A stretch of 64,000 nucleotides of DNA. Origin: Eledone cirrhosa. Lineage: Eukaryota. The stretch spans positions 433,752,001-433,816,000 of the forward strand of contig OZ024740.1 in the NCBI GenBank assembly GCA_964016885.1. Reading direction: 5' to 3'. The translations under genes were made by a program, and so were the position numbers. Positions 1 to 15,000 of this stretch are shown here, one piece after another (position 1 is the stretch's first letter; every line of letters starts with the position of its first letter). The notes below the pieces were generated by a model. The model made no database searches, was not told where the DNA came from, and saw only the letters and a list, made by a program, of their open reading frames with translations.

Positions 1-3000
1 GTGTGTCAGTTGAACACCTAGTATGTCAGTTGACCACCTAGTGTGTCAGTTGACCACCTAGTGTGTCAGTTGACAACCTAGTGTGTCAGTTGACAACCTA
101 GTGTGTCAGTTGACCACCTAGTGTGTCAGTTGACCACCTAGTGTGTCAGTTGACCACCAAGTGTGTCAGTTGACAACTAGTGTGTCAGTTGACCACCTAG
201 TGTGTCAGTGTTGACCACCAAGTGTGTCAGTTGACCACCTAGTGTGTCAGTTGACAACCTAGTGTGTTAGTTGACCACCTAGTGTGTCAGTTGACCACCT
301 AGTGTGTCAGTTGACCACCAAGTGTGTCAGTTGACCACCTAGTGTGTCACTTGACCACCTAGTGTCAGTTGACCACCTAGTGTGTCAGTTGACCACCTAG
401 TGTGTCAGTTGACAACCTAATGTGTCAGTTGACCACCTAGTGTGTCAGTTGACAACCTAGTGTGTCAGTTGACCACCTAGTGTGTCAGTTGACCACCTAG
501 TGTGTCAGTTTACCATCTAGTGCGTCAATTGACCACCTAGTGTGTCAGTTGAACACCTAGTGTGTCAGTTGACCACCTAGTGTGTCAGTTGACCACCTAG
601 TGTGTCAGTTGACAACCTAGTGTGTCAGTTGACAACCTAGTGTGTCAGTTGACCACCTAGTGTGTCAGTTGACCACCAAGTGTGTCAGTGTTGACCACCA
701 AGTGTGTCAGTTGACCACCTAGTGTGTCAGTTGACAACCTAGTGCGTTAGTTGACCACCTAGTGTGTCAGTTGTCCAGCTAGTGTGTCAGTTGACCACCT
801 AGTGTGTCAGTTGACCACCAATTGTGTCAGTTGACCACCAAATGTGTCAGTTGACCACCTAGTGTGTCAGTTTACAACCTAGTGTGTCAGTTGACAACCT
901 AGTGTGTCAGTTGACCACCTAGTGTCAGTTGACCACCTAGTGTGTCAGTTGACCACCAAGTGTGTCAGTTGACCACCTAGTGTGTCACTTGACCACCTAG
1001 TGTCAGTTGACCACCTAGTGTGTCAGTTGACCACGTAGTGCGTCAGTTGACCACCTAGTGTGTCAGTTGACAAACTAATGTGTCAGTTGACCACCTAGTG
1101 TGTCACTTGACCACCTAGTGTCAGTTGACCACCTAGTGTGTCAATTGACCACCTAGTGTGTCAGTTGATCATCAAGTGTGTCAGTTGACCACCTAGTGTG
1201 TCAGTTGACCACCTAGTGTGTCAGTTGACAACCTAGTGTGTCAGTTGACCACCTAGTGTGTCAGTTGACAACCAAGTGTGTCAGTTGACCACCTAGTGCG
1301 TCAATTGACCACCTAGTGTGTCAGTTGAACACCTAGTGTGTCAGTTGACCACCTAGTTTGTCAGTTGACCACCTAGTGTGTCAGTTGACAACCTAGTGTG
1401 TCAGTTGACAACCTAGTGTGTCAGTTGACCACCTACTGTCAGTTGACCACCTATTGTGTCAGTTCACCACCTAGTGTGTCAGTTGACCACCAAGTGTGTC
1501 AGTTGACCACCTAGTGTGTCACTTGACCACCTAGTGTCAGTTGACCACCTATTGTGTCAATTGACCACCTAGTGTGTCAGTTGATCATCAAGTGTGTCAG
1601 TTGACCACCTAGTGTGTCAGTTGACCACCTAATGTGTCAGTTGACAACCTAGTGTGTCAGTTGACCACCTAGTGTGTCAGTTGACAACCTAGTGTGTCAG
1701 TTGACCACCTAGTGCGTCAATTGACCACCTAGTGTGTCAGTTGAACACCTAGTGTGTCAGTTGACCACCTAGTTTGTCAGTTGACCACCTAGTGTGTCAG
1801 TTGACAACCTAGTGTGTCAGTTGACAACCTAGTGTGTCAGTTGACCACCTAGTGTGTCAGTTGACAACCTAACGTGTCGGTTGAGAACCTAGTGTGTCAG
1901 TTGACCACCTAGTGTGTCAGTTGACCACCTAGTGTGTCAATTGACCACCTAGTGTGTCAGTTGATCATCCAGTGTGTCAGTTGACCACCTAGTGTGTCAG
2001 TTGAACACCTAGTGTGTCAGTTGACCACCTAGTTTGTCAGTTGACCACCTAGTGTGTCAGTTGACAACCTAGTGTGTCAGTTGACAACCTAGTGTGTCAG
2101 TTGACCACCTAGTGTGTCAGTTGACAACCTAGTGTGTCGGTTGAGAACCTAGTGTGTCAGTTAACCACCTAGTGTGTCAGTTGACCACCAAGTGTGTCAG
2201 TTGACCACCTAGTGTGTCAGTTGACAACCTAGTGCGTTAGTTGACCACCTAGTGTGTCAGTTGACCACCTAGTGTGTCAGTTGACCACCTAGTGTGTCAG
2301 TTGACACCAATTGTGTCAGTTGACCACCAAGTGTGTCAGTTGACCACCTAGTGTGTCAGTTTACAACCTAGTGTGTCAGTTGACAACCTAGTGTGTCAGT
2401 TGACCACCTAGTGTCAGTTGACCACCTAGTGTGTCAGTTGACCACCAAGTGTGTCAGTTGACCACCTAGTGTGTCACTTGACCACCTAGTGTCAGTTGAC
2501 CACCTATTGTGTCAGTTGACCACCTAGTGTGTCAGTTGACCACCAAGTGTGTCAGTTGACCACCTAGTGTGTCACTTGACCACCTAGTGTCAGTTGACCA
2601 CCTAGTGTGTCAGTTGACCACCTAGTGTGTCAGTTGACCACCTAGTGTGTCAGTTGACAACCTAATGTGTCAGTTGACCACCTAGTGTGTCACTTGACCA
2701 CCTAGTGTCAGTTGACCACCTAGTGTGTCAATTGACCACCTAGTGTGTCAGTTGATCATCAAGTGTGTCAGTTGACCACCTAGTGTGTCAGTTGACCACC
2801 TAGTGTGTCAGTTGACAACCTAGTGTGTCAGTTGACCACCTAGTGTGTCAGTTGACAACCTAGTGTGTCAGTTGACCACCTAGTGCGTCAATTGACCACC
2901 TAGTGTGTCAGTTGAACACCTAGTGTTTCAGTTGACCACCTTGTTTGTCAGTTGACCACCTAGTGTGTCAGTTGACAACCTAGTGTGTCAGTTGACAACC

Positions 3001-6000
3001 TAGTGCGTCAGTTGACCACCTAGTGTGTCAGTTGACAACCTAGTGTGTCGGTTGAGAACCTAGTGTGTCAGTTGACCACCTAGTGTGTCAGTTGACCACC
3101 TAGTGTGTCAATTGACCACCTAGTGTGTCAGTTGATCATCCAGTGTGTCAGTTGACCACCTAGTGTGTCAGTTGAACACCTAGTGTGTCAGTTGACCACC
3201 TAGTTTGTCAGTTGACCACCTAGTGTGTCAGTTGACAACCTAGTGTGTCAGTTGACAACCTAGTGTGTCAGTTGACCACCTAGTGTGTCAGTTGACAACC
3301 TAGTGTGTCGGTTGAGAACCTAGTGTGTCAGTTGACCACCTAGTGTGTCAGTTGACCACCAAGTGTGTCAGTTGACCACCTAGTGTGTCACTTGACCACC
3401 TAGTGTCAGTTGACCACCTAGTGTGTCAGTTGACCACCTAGTGTGTCAGTTGACCACCTAGTGTGTCAGTTGACAACCTAATGTGTCAGTTGAACACCTA
3501 GTGTGTCAGTTGAACACCAAGTGTGTCAGTTGACCACCTAGTGTGTCAGTTGAACACCTAGTGTGTCAGTTGACCACCTAGTGTGTCAGTTGAACACCTA
3601 GTGTGTCAGTTGAACACCTAGTGTGTCAGTTGACCACCTAGTGTATCAGTTGATCAGCAAGTGTGTTAGTTGACCACCTAGTGTGTCAGTTGACCACCTA
3701 GTGTGTCAGTTGACCACCAAGTGTGTCAGTTGAAAACCAAGTGTGTCAGTTGACCACATAGTGTGTCAGTTGACCACCTAGTGTGTCAGTTGACAACCAA
3801 GTGTGTCAGTTGACCACCTAGTGCGTCAATTGACCACCTAGTGTGTCAGTTGAACACCTAGTGTGTCAGTTGACCACCTAGTTTGTCAGTTGACCACCTA
3901 GTGTGTCAGTTGACAACCTAGTGTGTCAGTTGACAACCTAGTGTGTCAGTTGACCACCTAGTGTGTCAGTTGACAACCTAGTGTGTCAGTTGACAACCTA
4001 GTGTGTCAGTTGACAACCTAGTGTGTCAGTTGACCACCTAGTGTGTCAGTTGACCACCAAGTGTGTCAGTGTTGACCACCAAGTGTGTCAGTTGACCACC
4101 TAGTGTGTCAGTTGACAACCTAGTGCGTTAGTTGACCACCTAGTGTGTCAGTTGTCCAGCTAGTGTGTCAGTTGACCACCTAGTGTGTCAGTTGACCACC
4201 AATTGTGTCAGTTGACCACCAAATGTGTCAGTTGACCACCTAGTGTGTCAGTTTACAACCTAGTGTGTCAGTTGACAACCTAGTGTGTCAGTTGACCACC
4301 TAGTGTCAGTTGACCACCTAGTGTGTCAGTTGACCACCAAGTGTGTCAGTTGACCACCTAGTGTGTCACTTGACCACCTAGTGTCAGTTGACCACCTAGT
4401 GTGTCAGTTGACCACGTAGTGCGTCAGTTGACCACCTAGTGTGTCAGTTGACAAACTAATGTGTCAGTTGACCACCTAGTGTGTCACTTGACCACCTAGT
4501 GTCAGTTGACCACCTAGTGTGTCAATTGACCACCTAGTGTGTCAGTTGATCATCAAGTGTGTCAGTTGACCACCTAGTGTGTCAGTTGACCACCTAGTGT
4601 GTCAGTTGACAACCTAGTGTGTCAGTTGACCACCTAGTGTGTCAGTTGACAACCAAGTGTGTCAGTTGACCACCTAGTGCGTCAATTGACCACCTAGTGT
4701 GTCAGTTGAACACCTAGTGTGTCAGTTGACCACCTAGTTTGTCAGTTGACCACCTAGTGTGTCAGTTGACAACCTAGTGTGTCAGTTGACAACCTAGTGT
4801 GTCAGTTGACCACCTACTGTCAGTTGACCACCTATTGTGTCAGTTCACCACCTAGTGTGTCAGTTGACCACCAAGTGTGTCAGTTGACCACCTAGTGTGT
4901 CACTTGACCACCTAGTGTCAGTTGACCACCTATTGTGTCAATTGACCACCTAGTGTGTCAGTTGATCATCAAGTGTGTCAGTTGACCACCTAGTGTGTCA
5001 GTTGACCACCTAATGTGTCAGTTGACAACCTAGTGTGTCAGTTGACCACCTAGTGTGTCAGTTGACAACCTAGTGTGTCAGTTGACCACCTAGTGCGTCA
5101 ATTGACCACCTAGTGTGTCAGTTGAACACCTAGTGTGTCAGTTGACCACCTAGTTTGTCAGTTGACCACCTAGTGTGTCAGTTGACAACCTAGTGTGTCA
5201 GTTGACAACCTAGTGTGTCAGTTGACCACCTAGTGTGTCAGTTGACAACCTAACGTGTCGGTTGAGAACCTAGTGTGTCAGTTGACCACCTAGTGTGTCA
5301 GTTGACCACCTAGTGTGTCAATTGACCACCTAGTGTGTCAGTTGATCATCCAGTGTGTCAGTTGACCACCTAGTGTGTCAGTTGAACACCTAGTGTGTCA
5401 GTTGACCACCTAGTTTGTCAGTTGACCACCTAGTGTGTCAGTTGACAACCTAGTGTGTCAGTTGACAACCTAGTGTGTCAGTTGACCACCTAGTGTGTCA
5501 GTTGACAACCTAGTGTGTCGGTTGAGAACCTAGTGTGTCAGTTAACCACCTAGTGTGTCAGTTGACCACCAAGTGTGTCAGTTGACCACCTAGTGTGTCA
5601 GTTGACAACCTAGTGCGTTAGTTGACCACCTAGTGTGTCAGTTGACCACCTAGTGTGTCAGTTGACCACCTAGTGTGTCAGTTGACACCAATTGTGTCAG
5701 TTGACCACCAAGTGTGTCAGTTGACCACCTAGTGTGTCAGTTTACAACCTAGTGTGTCAGTTGACAACCTAGTGTGTCAGTTGACCACCTAGTGTCAGTT
5801 GACCACCTAGTGTGTCAGTTGACCACCAAGTGTGTCAGTTGACCACCTAGTGTGTCACTTGACCACCTAGTGTCAGTTGACCACCTATTGTGTCAGTTGA
5901 CCACCTAGTGTGTCAGTTGACCACCAAGTGTGTCAGTTGACCACCTAGTGTGTCACTTGACCACCTAGTGTCAGTTGACCACCTAGTGTGTCAGTTGACC

Positions 6001-9000
6001 ACCTAGTGTGTCAGTTGACCACCTAGTGTGTCAGTTGACAACCTAATGTGTCAGTTGACCACCTAGTGTGTCACTTGACCACCTAGTGTCAGTTGACCAC
6101 CTAGTGTGTCAATTGACCACCTAGTGTGTCAGTTGATCATCAAGTGTGTCAGTTGACCACCTAGTGTGTCAGTTGACCACCTAGTGTGTCAGTTGACAAC
6201 CTAGTGTGTCAGTTGACCACCTAGTGTGTCAGTTGACAACCTAGTGTGTCAGTTGACCACCTAGTGCGTCAATTGACCACCTAGTGTGTCAGTTGAACAC
6301 CTAGTGTTTCAGTTGACCACCTTGTTTGTCAGTTGACCACCTAGTGTGTCAGTTGACAACCTAGTGTGTCAGTTGACAACCTAGTGCGTCAGTTGACCAC
6401 CTAGTGTGTCAGTTGACAACCTAGTGTGTCGGTTGAGAACCTAGTGTGTCAGTTGACCACCTAGTGTGTCAGTTGACCACCTAGTGTGTCAATTGACCAC
6501 CTAGTGTGTCAGTTGATCATCCAGTGTGTCAGTTGACCACCTAGTGTGTCAGTTGAACACCTAGTGTGTCAGTTGACCACCTAGTTTGTCAGTTGACCAC
6601 CTAGTGTGTCAGTTGACAACCTAGTGTGTCAGTTGACAACCTAGTGTGTCAGTTGACCACCTAGTGTGTCAGTTGACAACCTAGTGTGTCGGTTGAGAAC
6701 CTAGTGTGTCAGTTGACCACCTAGTGTGTCAGTTGACCACCAAGTGTGTCAGTTGACCACCTAGTGTGTCACTTGACCACCTAGTGTCAGTTGACCACCT
6801 AGTGTGTCAGTTGACCACCTAGTGTGTCAGTTGACCACCTAGTGTGTCAGTTGACAACCTAATGTGTCAGTTGAACACCTAGTGTGTCAGTTGAACACCA
6901 AGTGTGTCAGTTGACCACCTAGTGTGTCAGTTGAACACCTAGTGTGTCAGTTGACCACCTAGTGTGTCAGTTGAACACCTAGTGTGTCAGTTGAACACCT
7001 AGTGTGTCAGTTGACCACCTAGTGTATCAGTTGATCAGCAAGTGTGTTAGTTGACCACCTAGTGTGTCAGTTGACCACCTAGTGTGTCAGTTGACCACCA
7101 AGTGTGTCAGTTGAAAACCAAGTGTGTCAGTTGACCACATAGTGTGTCAGTTGACCACCTAGTGTGTCAGTTGACAACCAAGTGTGTCAGTTGACCACCT
7201 AGTGCGTCAATTGACCACCTAGTGTGTCAGTTGAACACCTAGTGTGTCAGTTGACCACCTAGTTTGTCAGTTGACCACCTAGTGTGTCAGTTGACAACCT
7301 AGTGTGTCAGTTGACAACCTAGTGTGTCAGTTGACCACCTAGTGTGTCAGTTGAGAACCTAGTGTGTCAGTTGACAACCTAGTGTGTCAGTTGTCCACCT
7401 AGTGTGTCAGTTGACCACCTAGTGTCAGTTGACCACCTAGTGTGTCAGTTCACCACCTAGTGTGTCAGTTGACCACCTAGTGTGTCAGTTGACCACCTAG
7501 TGTGTCAATTGACCACCTAGTGTGTCAGTTGACCACCTAGTGCGTCAGTTGACCACCAAGTGTGTCAGTTGACAACTAGTGTGTCAGTTGACCACCTAGT
7601 GTGTCAGTTGACCACCTAGTGTGTCAGTTGACAACCTAGTGTGTCAGTTGACCACCTAGTGTCAGTTGACCACCTATTGTGTCAGTTGACCACCTAGTGT
7701 GTCAGTTGACAACCAAGTGTGTCAGTTGACCACCTAGTGTGTCACTTGACCACCTAGTGTGTCAGTTGACCACCTAGTGTGTCAGTTGACCACCTAGTGT
7801 GTCAGTTGACCACCTAGTGTGTCAGTTGACAACCTAATGTGTCAGTTGACCACCTAGTGTGTCAGTTGACAACCTAGTGTGTCAGTTGACCACCCAGTGT
7901 GTCAGTTGACCACCTAGTGTGTCAGTTGACCACCTAGTGTGTCAGTTGACCACCTAGTGTGTCAGTTGACCACCTAGTGTGTCAGTTGACAACCTAGTGT
8001 GTCAGTTGACAACCTAGTGTGTCAGTTGACCACCTAGTGTGTCAGTTGACCACCTAGTGTGTCAGTTGACCACCAAGTGTGTCAGTTGACAACTAGTGTG
8101 TCAGTTGACCACCTAGTGTGTCAGTGTTGACCACCAAGTGTGTCAGTTGACCACCTAGTGTGTCAGTTGACAACCTAGTGTGTTAGTTGACCATCTAGTG
8201 TGTCAGTTGACCACCTAGTGTGTCAGTTGACCACCAAGTGTGTCAGTTGACCACCTAGTGTGTCACTTGACCACCTAGTGTCAGTTGACCACCTAGTGTG
8301 TCAGTTGACCACCTAGTGTGTCAGTTGACAACCTAATGTGTCAGTTGACCACCTAGTGTGTCAGTTGACAACCTAGTGTGTCAGTTGACCACCTAGTGTG
8401 TCAGTTGACCACCTAGTGTGTCAGTTTATCACCTAGTGCGTCAATTGACCACCTAGTGTGTCAGTTGAACACCTAGTGTGTCAGTTGACCACCTAGTGTG
8501 TCAGTTGACCACCTAGTGTGTCAGTTGACAACCTAGTGTGTCAGTTGACAACCTAGTGTGTCAGTTGACCACCTAGTGTGTCAGTTGACCACCAAGTGTG
8601 TCAGTGTTGACCACCAAGTGTGTCAGTTGACCACCTAGTGTGTCAGTTGACAACCTAGTGCGTTAGTTGACCACCTAGTGTGTCAGTTGTCCAGCTAGTG
8701 TGTCAGTTGACCACCTAGTGTGTCAGTTGACCACCAATTGTGTCAGTTGACCACCAAGTGTGTCAGTTGACCACCTAGTGTGTCAGTTTACAACCTAGTG
8801 TGTCAGTTGACAACCTAGTGTGTCAGTTGACCACCTAGTGTCAGTTGACCACCTAGTGTGTCAGTTGACCACCAAGTGTGTCAGTTGACCACCTAGTGTG
8901 TCACTTGACCACCTAGTGTCAGTTGACCACCTATTGTGTCAGTTGACCACCTAGTGTGTCAGTTGACCACCAAGTGTGTCAGTTGACCACCTAGTGTGTC

Positions 9001-12000
9001 ACTTGACCACCTAGTGTCAGTTGACCACCTAGTGTGTCAGTTGACCACCTAGTGTGTCAGTTGACCACCTAGTGTGTCAGTTGACAACCTAATGTGTCAG
9101 TTGACCACCTAGTGTGTCACTTGACCACCTAGTGTCAGTTGACCACCTAGTGTGTCAATTGACCACCTAGTGTGTCAGTTGATCATCAAGTGTGTCAGTT
9201 GACCACCTAGTGTGTCAGTTGACCACCTAGTGTGTCAGTTGACAACCTAGTGTGTCAGTTGACCACCTAGTGTGTCAGTTGACAACCTAGTGTGTCAGTT
9301 GACCACCTAGTGCGTCAATTGACCACCTAGTGTGTCAGTTGAACACCTAGTGTTTCAGTTGACCACCTTGTTTGTCAGTTGACCACCTAGTGTGTCAGTT
9401 GACAACCTAGTGTGTCAGTTGACAACCTAGTGCGTCAGTTGACCACCTAGTGTGTCAGTTGACAACCTAGTGTGTCGGTTGAGAACCTAGTGTGTCAGTT
9501 GACCACCTAGTGTGTCAGTTGACCACCTAGTGTGTCAATTGACCACCTAGTGTGTCAGTTGATCATCCAGTGTGTCAGTTGACCACCTAGTGTGTCAGTT
9601 GAACACCTAGTGTGTCAGTTGACCACCTAGTTTGTCAGTTGACCACCTAGTGTGTCAGTTGACAACCTAGTGTGTCAGTTGACAACCTAGTGTGTCAGTT
9701 GACCACCTAGTGTGTCAGTTGACCACCAAGTGTGTCAGTTGACAACTAGTGTGTCAGTTGACCACCTAGTGTGTCAGTGTTGACCACCAAGTGTGTCAGT
9801 TGACCACCTAGTGTGTCAGTTGACAACCTAGTGTGTTAGTTGACCACCTAGTGTGTCAGTTGACCACCTAGTGTGTCAGTTGACCACCAAGTGTGTCAGT
9901 TGACCACCTAGTGTGTCACTTGACCACCTAGTGTCAGTTGACCACCTAGTGTGTCAGTTGACCACCTAGTGTGTCAGTTGACAACCTAATGTGTCAGTTG
10001 ACCACCTAGTGTGTCAGTTGACAACCTAGTGTGTCAGTTGACCACCTAGTGTGTCAGTTGACCACCTAGTGTGTCAGTTTACCACCTAGTGCGTCAATTG
10101 ACCACCTAGTGTGTCAGTTGAACACCTAGTGTGTCAGTTGACCACCTAGTGTGTCAGTTGACCACCTAGTGTATCAGTTGACAACCTAGTGTGTCAGTTG
10201 ACAACCTAGTGTGTCAGTTGACCACCTAGTGTGTCAGTTGACCACCAAGTGTGTCAGTGTTGACCACCAAGTGTGTCAGTTGACCACCTAGTGTGTCAGT
10301 TGACAACCTAGTGCGTTAGTTGACCACCTAGTGTGTCAGTTGACCACCTAGTGTGTCAGTTGACCACCTAGTGTGTCATTTGAACACCAATTGTGTCAGT
10401 TGACCACCAAGTGTGTCAGTTGACCACCTAGTGTGTCAGTTTACAACCTAGTGTGTCAGTTGACAACCTAGTGTGTCAGTTGACCACCTAGTGTCAGTTG
10501 ACCACCTAGTGTGTCAGTTGACCACCAAGTGTGTCAGTTGACCACCTAGTGTGTCACTTGACCACCTAGTGTCAGTTGACCACCTAGTGTGTCAGTTGAC
10601 CACCTAGTGTGTCAGTTGACCACCTAGTGTCAGTTGACAACCTAATGTGTCAGTTGACCACCTAGTGTGTCACTTGACCACCTAGTGTCAGTTGACCACC
10701 TAGTGTGTCAATTGCCCACCTAGTGTGTCAGTTGATCATCAAGTGTGTCAGTTGACCACCTAGTGTGTCAGTTGACCACCTAGTGTGTCAGTTGACAACC
10801 TAGTGTGTCAGTTGACCACCTAGTGTGTCAGTTGACAACCTAGTGTGTCAGTTGACCACATAGTGCGTCAATTGACCACCTAGTGTGTCAGCTGAACACC
10901 TAGTGTCAGTTGACCACCTAGTTTGTCAGTTGACCACCTAGTGTGTCAGTTGACAACCTAGTGTGTCAGTTGACAACCTAGTGTGTCAGTTGACCACCTA
11001 GTGTGTCAGTTGACAACCTAGTGTGTCAGTTGACCACCTAGTGTCAGTTGACCACCTATTGTGTCAGTTGACCACCTAGTGTGTCAGTTGACCACCAAGT
11101 GTGTCAGTTGACCACCTAGTGCGTCAATTGACCACCTAGTGTGTTGGTTGAACACCTAGTGTGTCAGTTGACCACCTAGTTTGTCAGTTGACCACCTAGT
11201 GTGTCAGTTGACAACCTAGTGTGTCAGTTGACCACCTATTGTGTCAGTTCACCACCTAGTGTGTCAGTTGACCACCAAGTGTGTCACTTGACCACCTAGT
11301 GTCAGTTGACCACCTATTGTGTCAATTGACCACCTAGTGTGTCAGTTGATCATCAAGTGTGTCAGTTGACCACCTAGTGTGTCAGTTGACCACCTAGTGT
11401 GTCAGTTGACAACCTAGTGTGTCAGTTGACCACCTAGTGTGTCAGTTGACAACCTAGTGTGTCAGTTGACCACCTAGTGCGTCAATTGACCACCTAGTGT
11501 GTCAGTTGAACACCTAGTGTGTCAGTTGACCACCTAGTTTGTCAGTTGACCACCTAGTGTGTCAGTTGACAACCTAGTGTGTCAGTTGACAACCTAGTGT
11601 GTCAGTTGACCACCTAGTGTGTCAGTTGACAACCTAGTGTGTCGGTTGAGAACCTAGTGTGTCAGTTGACCACCTAGTGTGTCAGTTGACCACCTAGTGT
11701 GTCAATTGACCACCTAGTGTGTCAGTTGATCATCCAGTGTGTCAGTTGACCACCTAGTGTGTCAGTTGAACACCTAGTGTGTCAGTTGACCACCTAGTTT
11801 GTCAGTTGACCACCTAGTGTGTCAGTTGACAACCTAGTGTGTCAGTTGACAACCTAGTGTGTCAGTTGACCACCTAGTGTGTCAGTTGACAACCTAGTGT
11901 GTCGGTTGAGAACCTAGTGTGTCAGTTAACCACCTAGTGTGTCAGTTGACCACCAAGTGTGTCAGTTGACCACCTAGTGTGTCAGTTGACAAACTAGTGC

Positions 12001-15000
12001 GTTAGTTGACCACCTAGTGTGTCAGTTGACCACCTAGTGTGTCAGTTGACCACCTAGTGTGTCAGTTGACCACCAATTGTGTCAGTTGACCACCAAGTGT
12101 GTCAGTTGACCACCTAGTGTGTCAGTTTACAACCTAGTGTGTCAGTTGACAACCTAGTGTGTCAGTTGACCACCTAGTGTCAGTTGACCACCTAGTGTGT
12201 CAGTTGACCACCTAGTGTGTCAGTTGACCACCAAGTGTGTCAGTTGACCACCTAGTGTGTCACTTGACCACCTAGTGTCAGTTGACCACCTATTGTGTCA
12301 GTTGACCACCTAGTGTGTCAGTTGACCACCAAGTGTGTCAGTTGACCACCTAGTGTGTCACTTGACCACCTAGTGTCAGTTGACCACCTAGTGTGTCAGT
12401 TGACCACCTAGTGTGTCAGTTGACCACCTAGTGTGTCAGTTGACAACCTAATGTGTCAGTTGAACACCTAGTGTCAGTTGAACACCAAGTGTGTCAGTTG
12501 ACCACCTAGTGTGTCAGTTGAACACCTAGTGTGTCAGTTGACCACCTAGTGTGTCAGTTGAACACCTAGTGTGTCAGTTGAACACCTAGTGTGTCAGTTG
12601 ACCACCTAGTGTATCAGTTGATCAGCAAGTGTATTAGTTGACCACCTAGTGTGTCAGTTGACCACCTAGTGTGTCAGTTGACCACCAAGTGTGTCAGTTG
12701 AAAACCAGGTGTGTCAGTTGACCACATAGTGTGTCAGTTGACCACCTAGTGTGTCAGTTGACCACCTAGTGTGTCAGTTGACAACCTAGTGTGTCAGTTG
12801 AACACCTCGTGTGTCAGTTGACCACCAAGTGTGTCAGTTGACCACCTAGTGTGTCAGTTGATCATCAAGTGTGTTAGTTGACCACCTAGTGTGTTAGTTG
12901 ACCACCTAGTGTGTCAGTTGACCACCAAGTGTGTCAGTTGACCACCAAGTGTGTCAGTTGACCACCTAGTGCGTCAATTGACCACCTATTGTGTCAGTTG
13001 ACCACCTAGTGTGTCAGTTGACAACCTAGTGTGTCAGTTGACAACCTAGTGTGTCAGTTGTCCACCTAGTGTGTCAGTTGACCACCTAGTGTGTCAATTG
13101 ACCACCTAGTGTGTCAGTTGACCACCTAGTGCGTCAGTTGACCACCAAGTGTGTCAGTTGACAACTAGTGTGTCAGTTGACCACCTAGTGTGTCAGTTGA
13201 CCACCTAGTGTGTCAGTTGACAACCTAGTGTGTCAGTTGACCACCTAGTGTCAGTTGACCACCTATTGTGTCAGTTGACCACCTAGTGTGTCAGTTGACC
13301 ACCAAGTGTGTCAGTTGACCACCTAGTGTGTCACTTGACCACCTAGTGTCAGTTGACCACCTAGTGTGTCAGTTGACCATCTAGTGTGTCAGTTGACCAC
13401 CTAGTGTGTCAGTTGACAACCTAATGTGTCAGTTGACCACCTAGTGTGTCAGTTGACAACCTAGTGTGTCAGTTGACCACCCAGTGTGTCAGTTGACCAC
13501 CTAGTGTGTCAGTTGACCACCTAGTGCGTCAATTGACCACCTAGTGTGTCAGTTGAACACCTAGTATGTCAGTTGACCACCTAGTGTGTCAGTTGACCAC
13601 CTAGTGTGTCAGTTGACAACCTAGTGTGTCAGTTGACAACCTAGTGTGTCAGTTGACCACCTAGTGTGTCAGTTGACCACCTAGTGTGTCAGTTGACCAC
13701 CAAGTGTGTCAGTTGACAACTAGTGTGTCAGTTGACCACCTAGTGTGTCAGTGTTGACCACCAAGTGTGTCAGTTGACCACCTAGTGTGTCAGTTGACAA
13801 CCTAGTGTGTTAGTTGACCACCTAGTGTGTCAGTTGACCACCTAGTGTGTCAGTTGACCACCAAGTGTGTCAGTTGACCACCTAGTGTGTCACTTGACCA
13901 CCTAGTGTCAGTTGACCACCTAGTGTGTCAGTTGACCACCTAGTGTGTCAGTTGACAACCTAATGTGTCAGTTGACCACCTAGTGTGTCAGTTGACAACC
14001 TAGTGTGTCAGTTGACCACCTAGTGTGTCAGTTGACCACCTAGTGTGTCAGTTTACCATCTAGTGCGTCAATTGACCACCTAGTGTGTCAGTTGAACACC
14101 TAGTGTGTCAGTTGACCACCTAGTGTGTCAGTTGACCACCTAGTGTGTCAGTTGACAACCTAGTGTGTCAGTTGACAACCTAGTGTGTCAGTTGACCACC
14201 TAGTGTGTCAGTTGACCACCAAGTGTGTCAGTGTTGACCACCAAGTGTGTCAGTTGACCACCTAGTGTGTCAGTTGACAACCTAGTGCGTTAGTTGACCA
14301 CCTAGTGTGTCAGTTGTCCAGCTAGTGTGTCAGTTGACCACCTAGTGTGTCAGTTGACCACCAATTGTGTCAGTTGACCACCAAATGTGTCAGTTGACCA
14401 CCTAGTGTGTCAGTTTACAACCTAGTGTGTCAGTTGACAACCTAGTGTGTCAGTTGACCACCTAGTGTCAGTTGACCACCTAGTGTGTCAGTTGACCACC
14501 AAGTGTGTCAGTTGACCACCTAGTGTGTCACTTGACCACCTAGTGTCAGTTGACCACCTAGTGTGTCAGTTGACCACGTAGTGCGTCAGTTGACCACCTA
14601 GTGTGTCAGTTGACAAACTAATGTGTCAGTTGACCACCTAGTGTGTCACTTGACCACCTAGTGTCAGTTGACCACCTAGTGTGTCAATTGACCACCTAGT
14701 GTGTCAGTTGATCATCAAGTGTGTCAGTTGACCACCTAGTATGTCAGTTGACCACCTAGTGTGTCAGTTGACAACCTAGTGTGTCAGTTGACAACCTAGT
14801 GTGTCAGTTGACAACCAAGTGTGTCAGTTGACCACCTAGTGCGTCAATTGACCACCTAGTGTGTCAGTTGAACACCTAGTGTGTCAGTTGACCACCTAGT
14901 TTGTCAGTTGACCACCTAGTGTGTCAGTTGACAACCTAGTGTGTCAGTTGACAACCTAGTGTGTCAGTTGACCACCTACTGTCAGTTGACCACCTATTGT

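Noticed and set aside
1166-1177. GATCATCAAG satellite variant as a scar of the LINE (TGA)n tail
   Set aside because: Same length as the normal unit and explained by point substitutions spread by block duplication.
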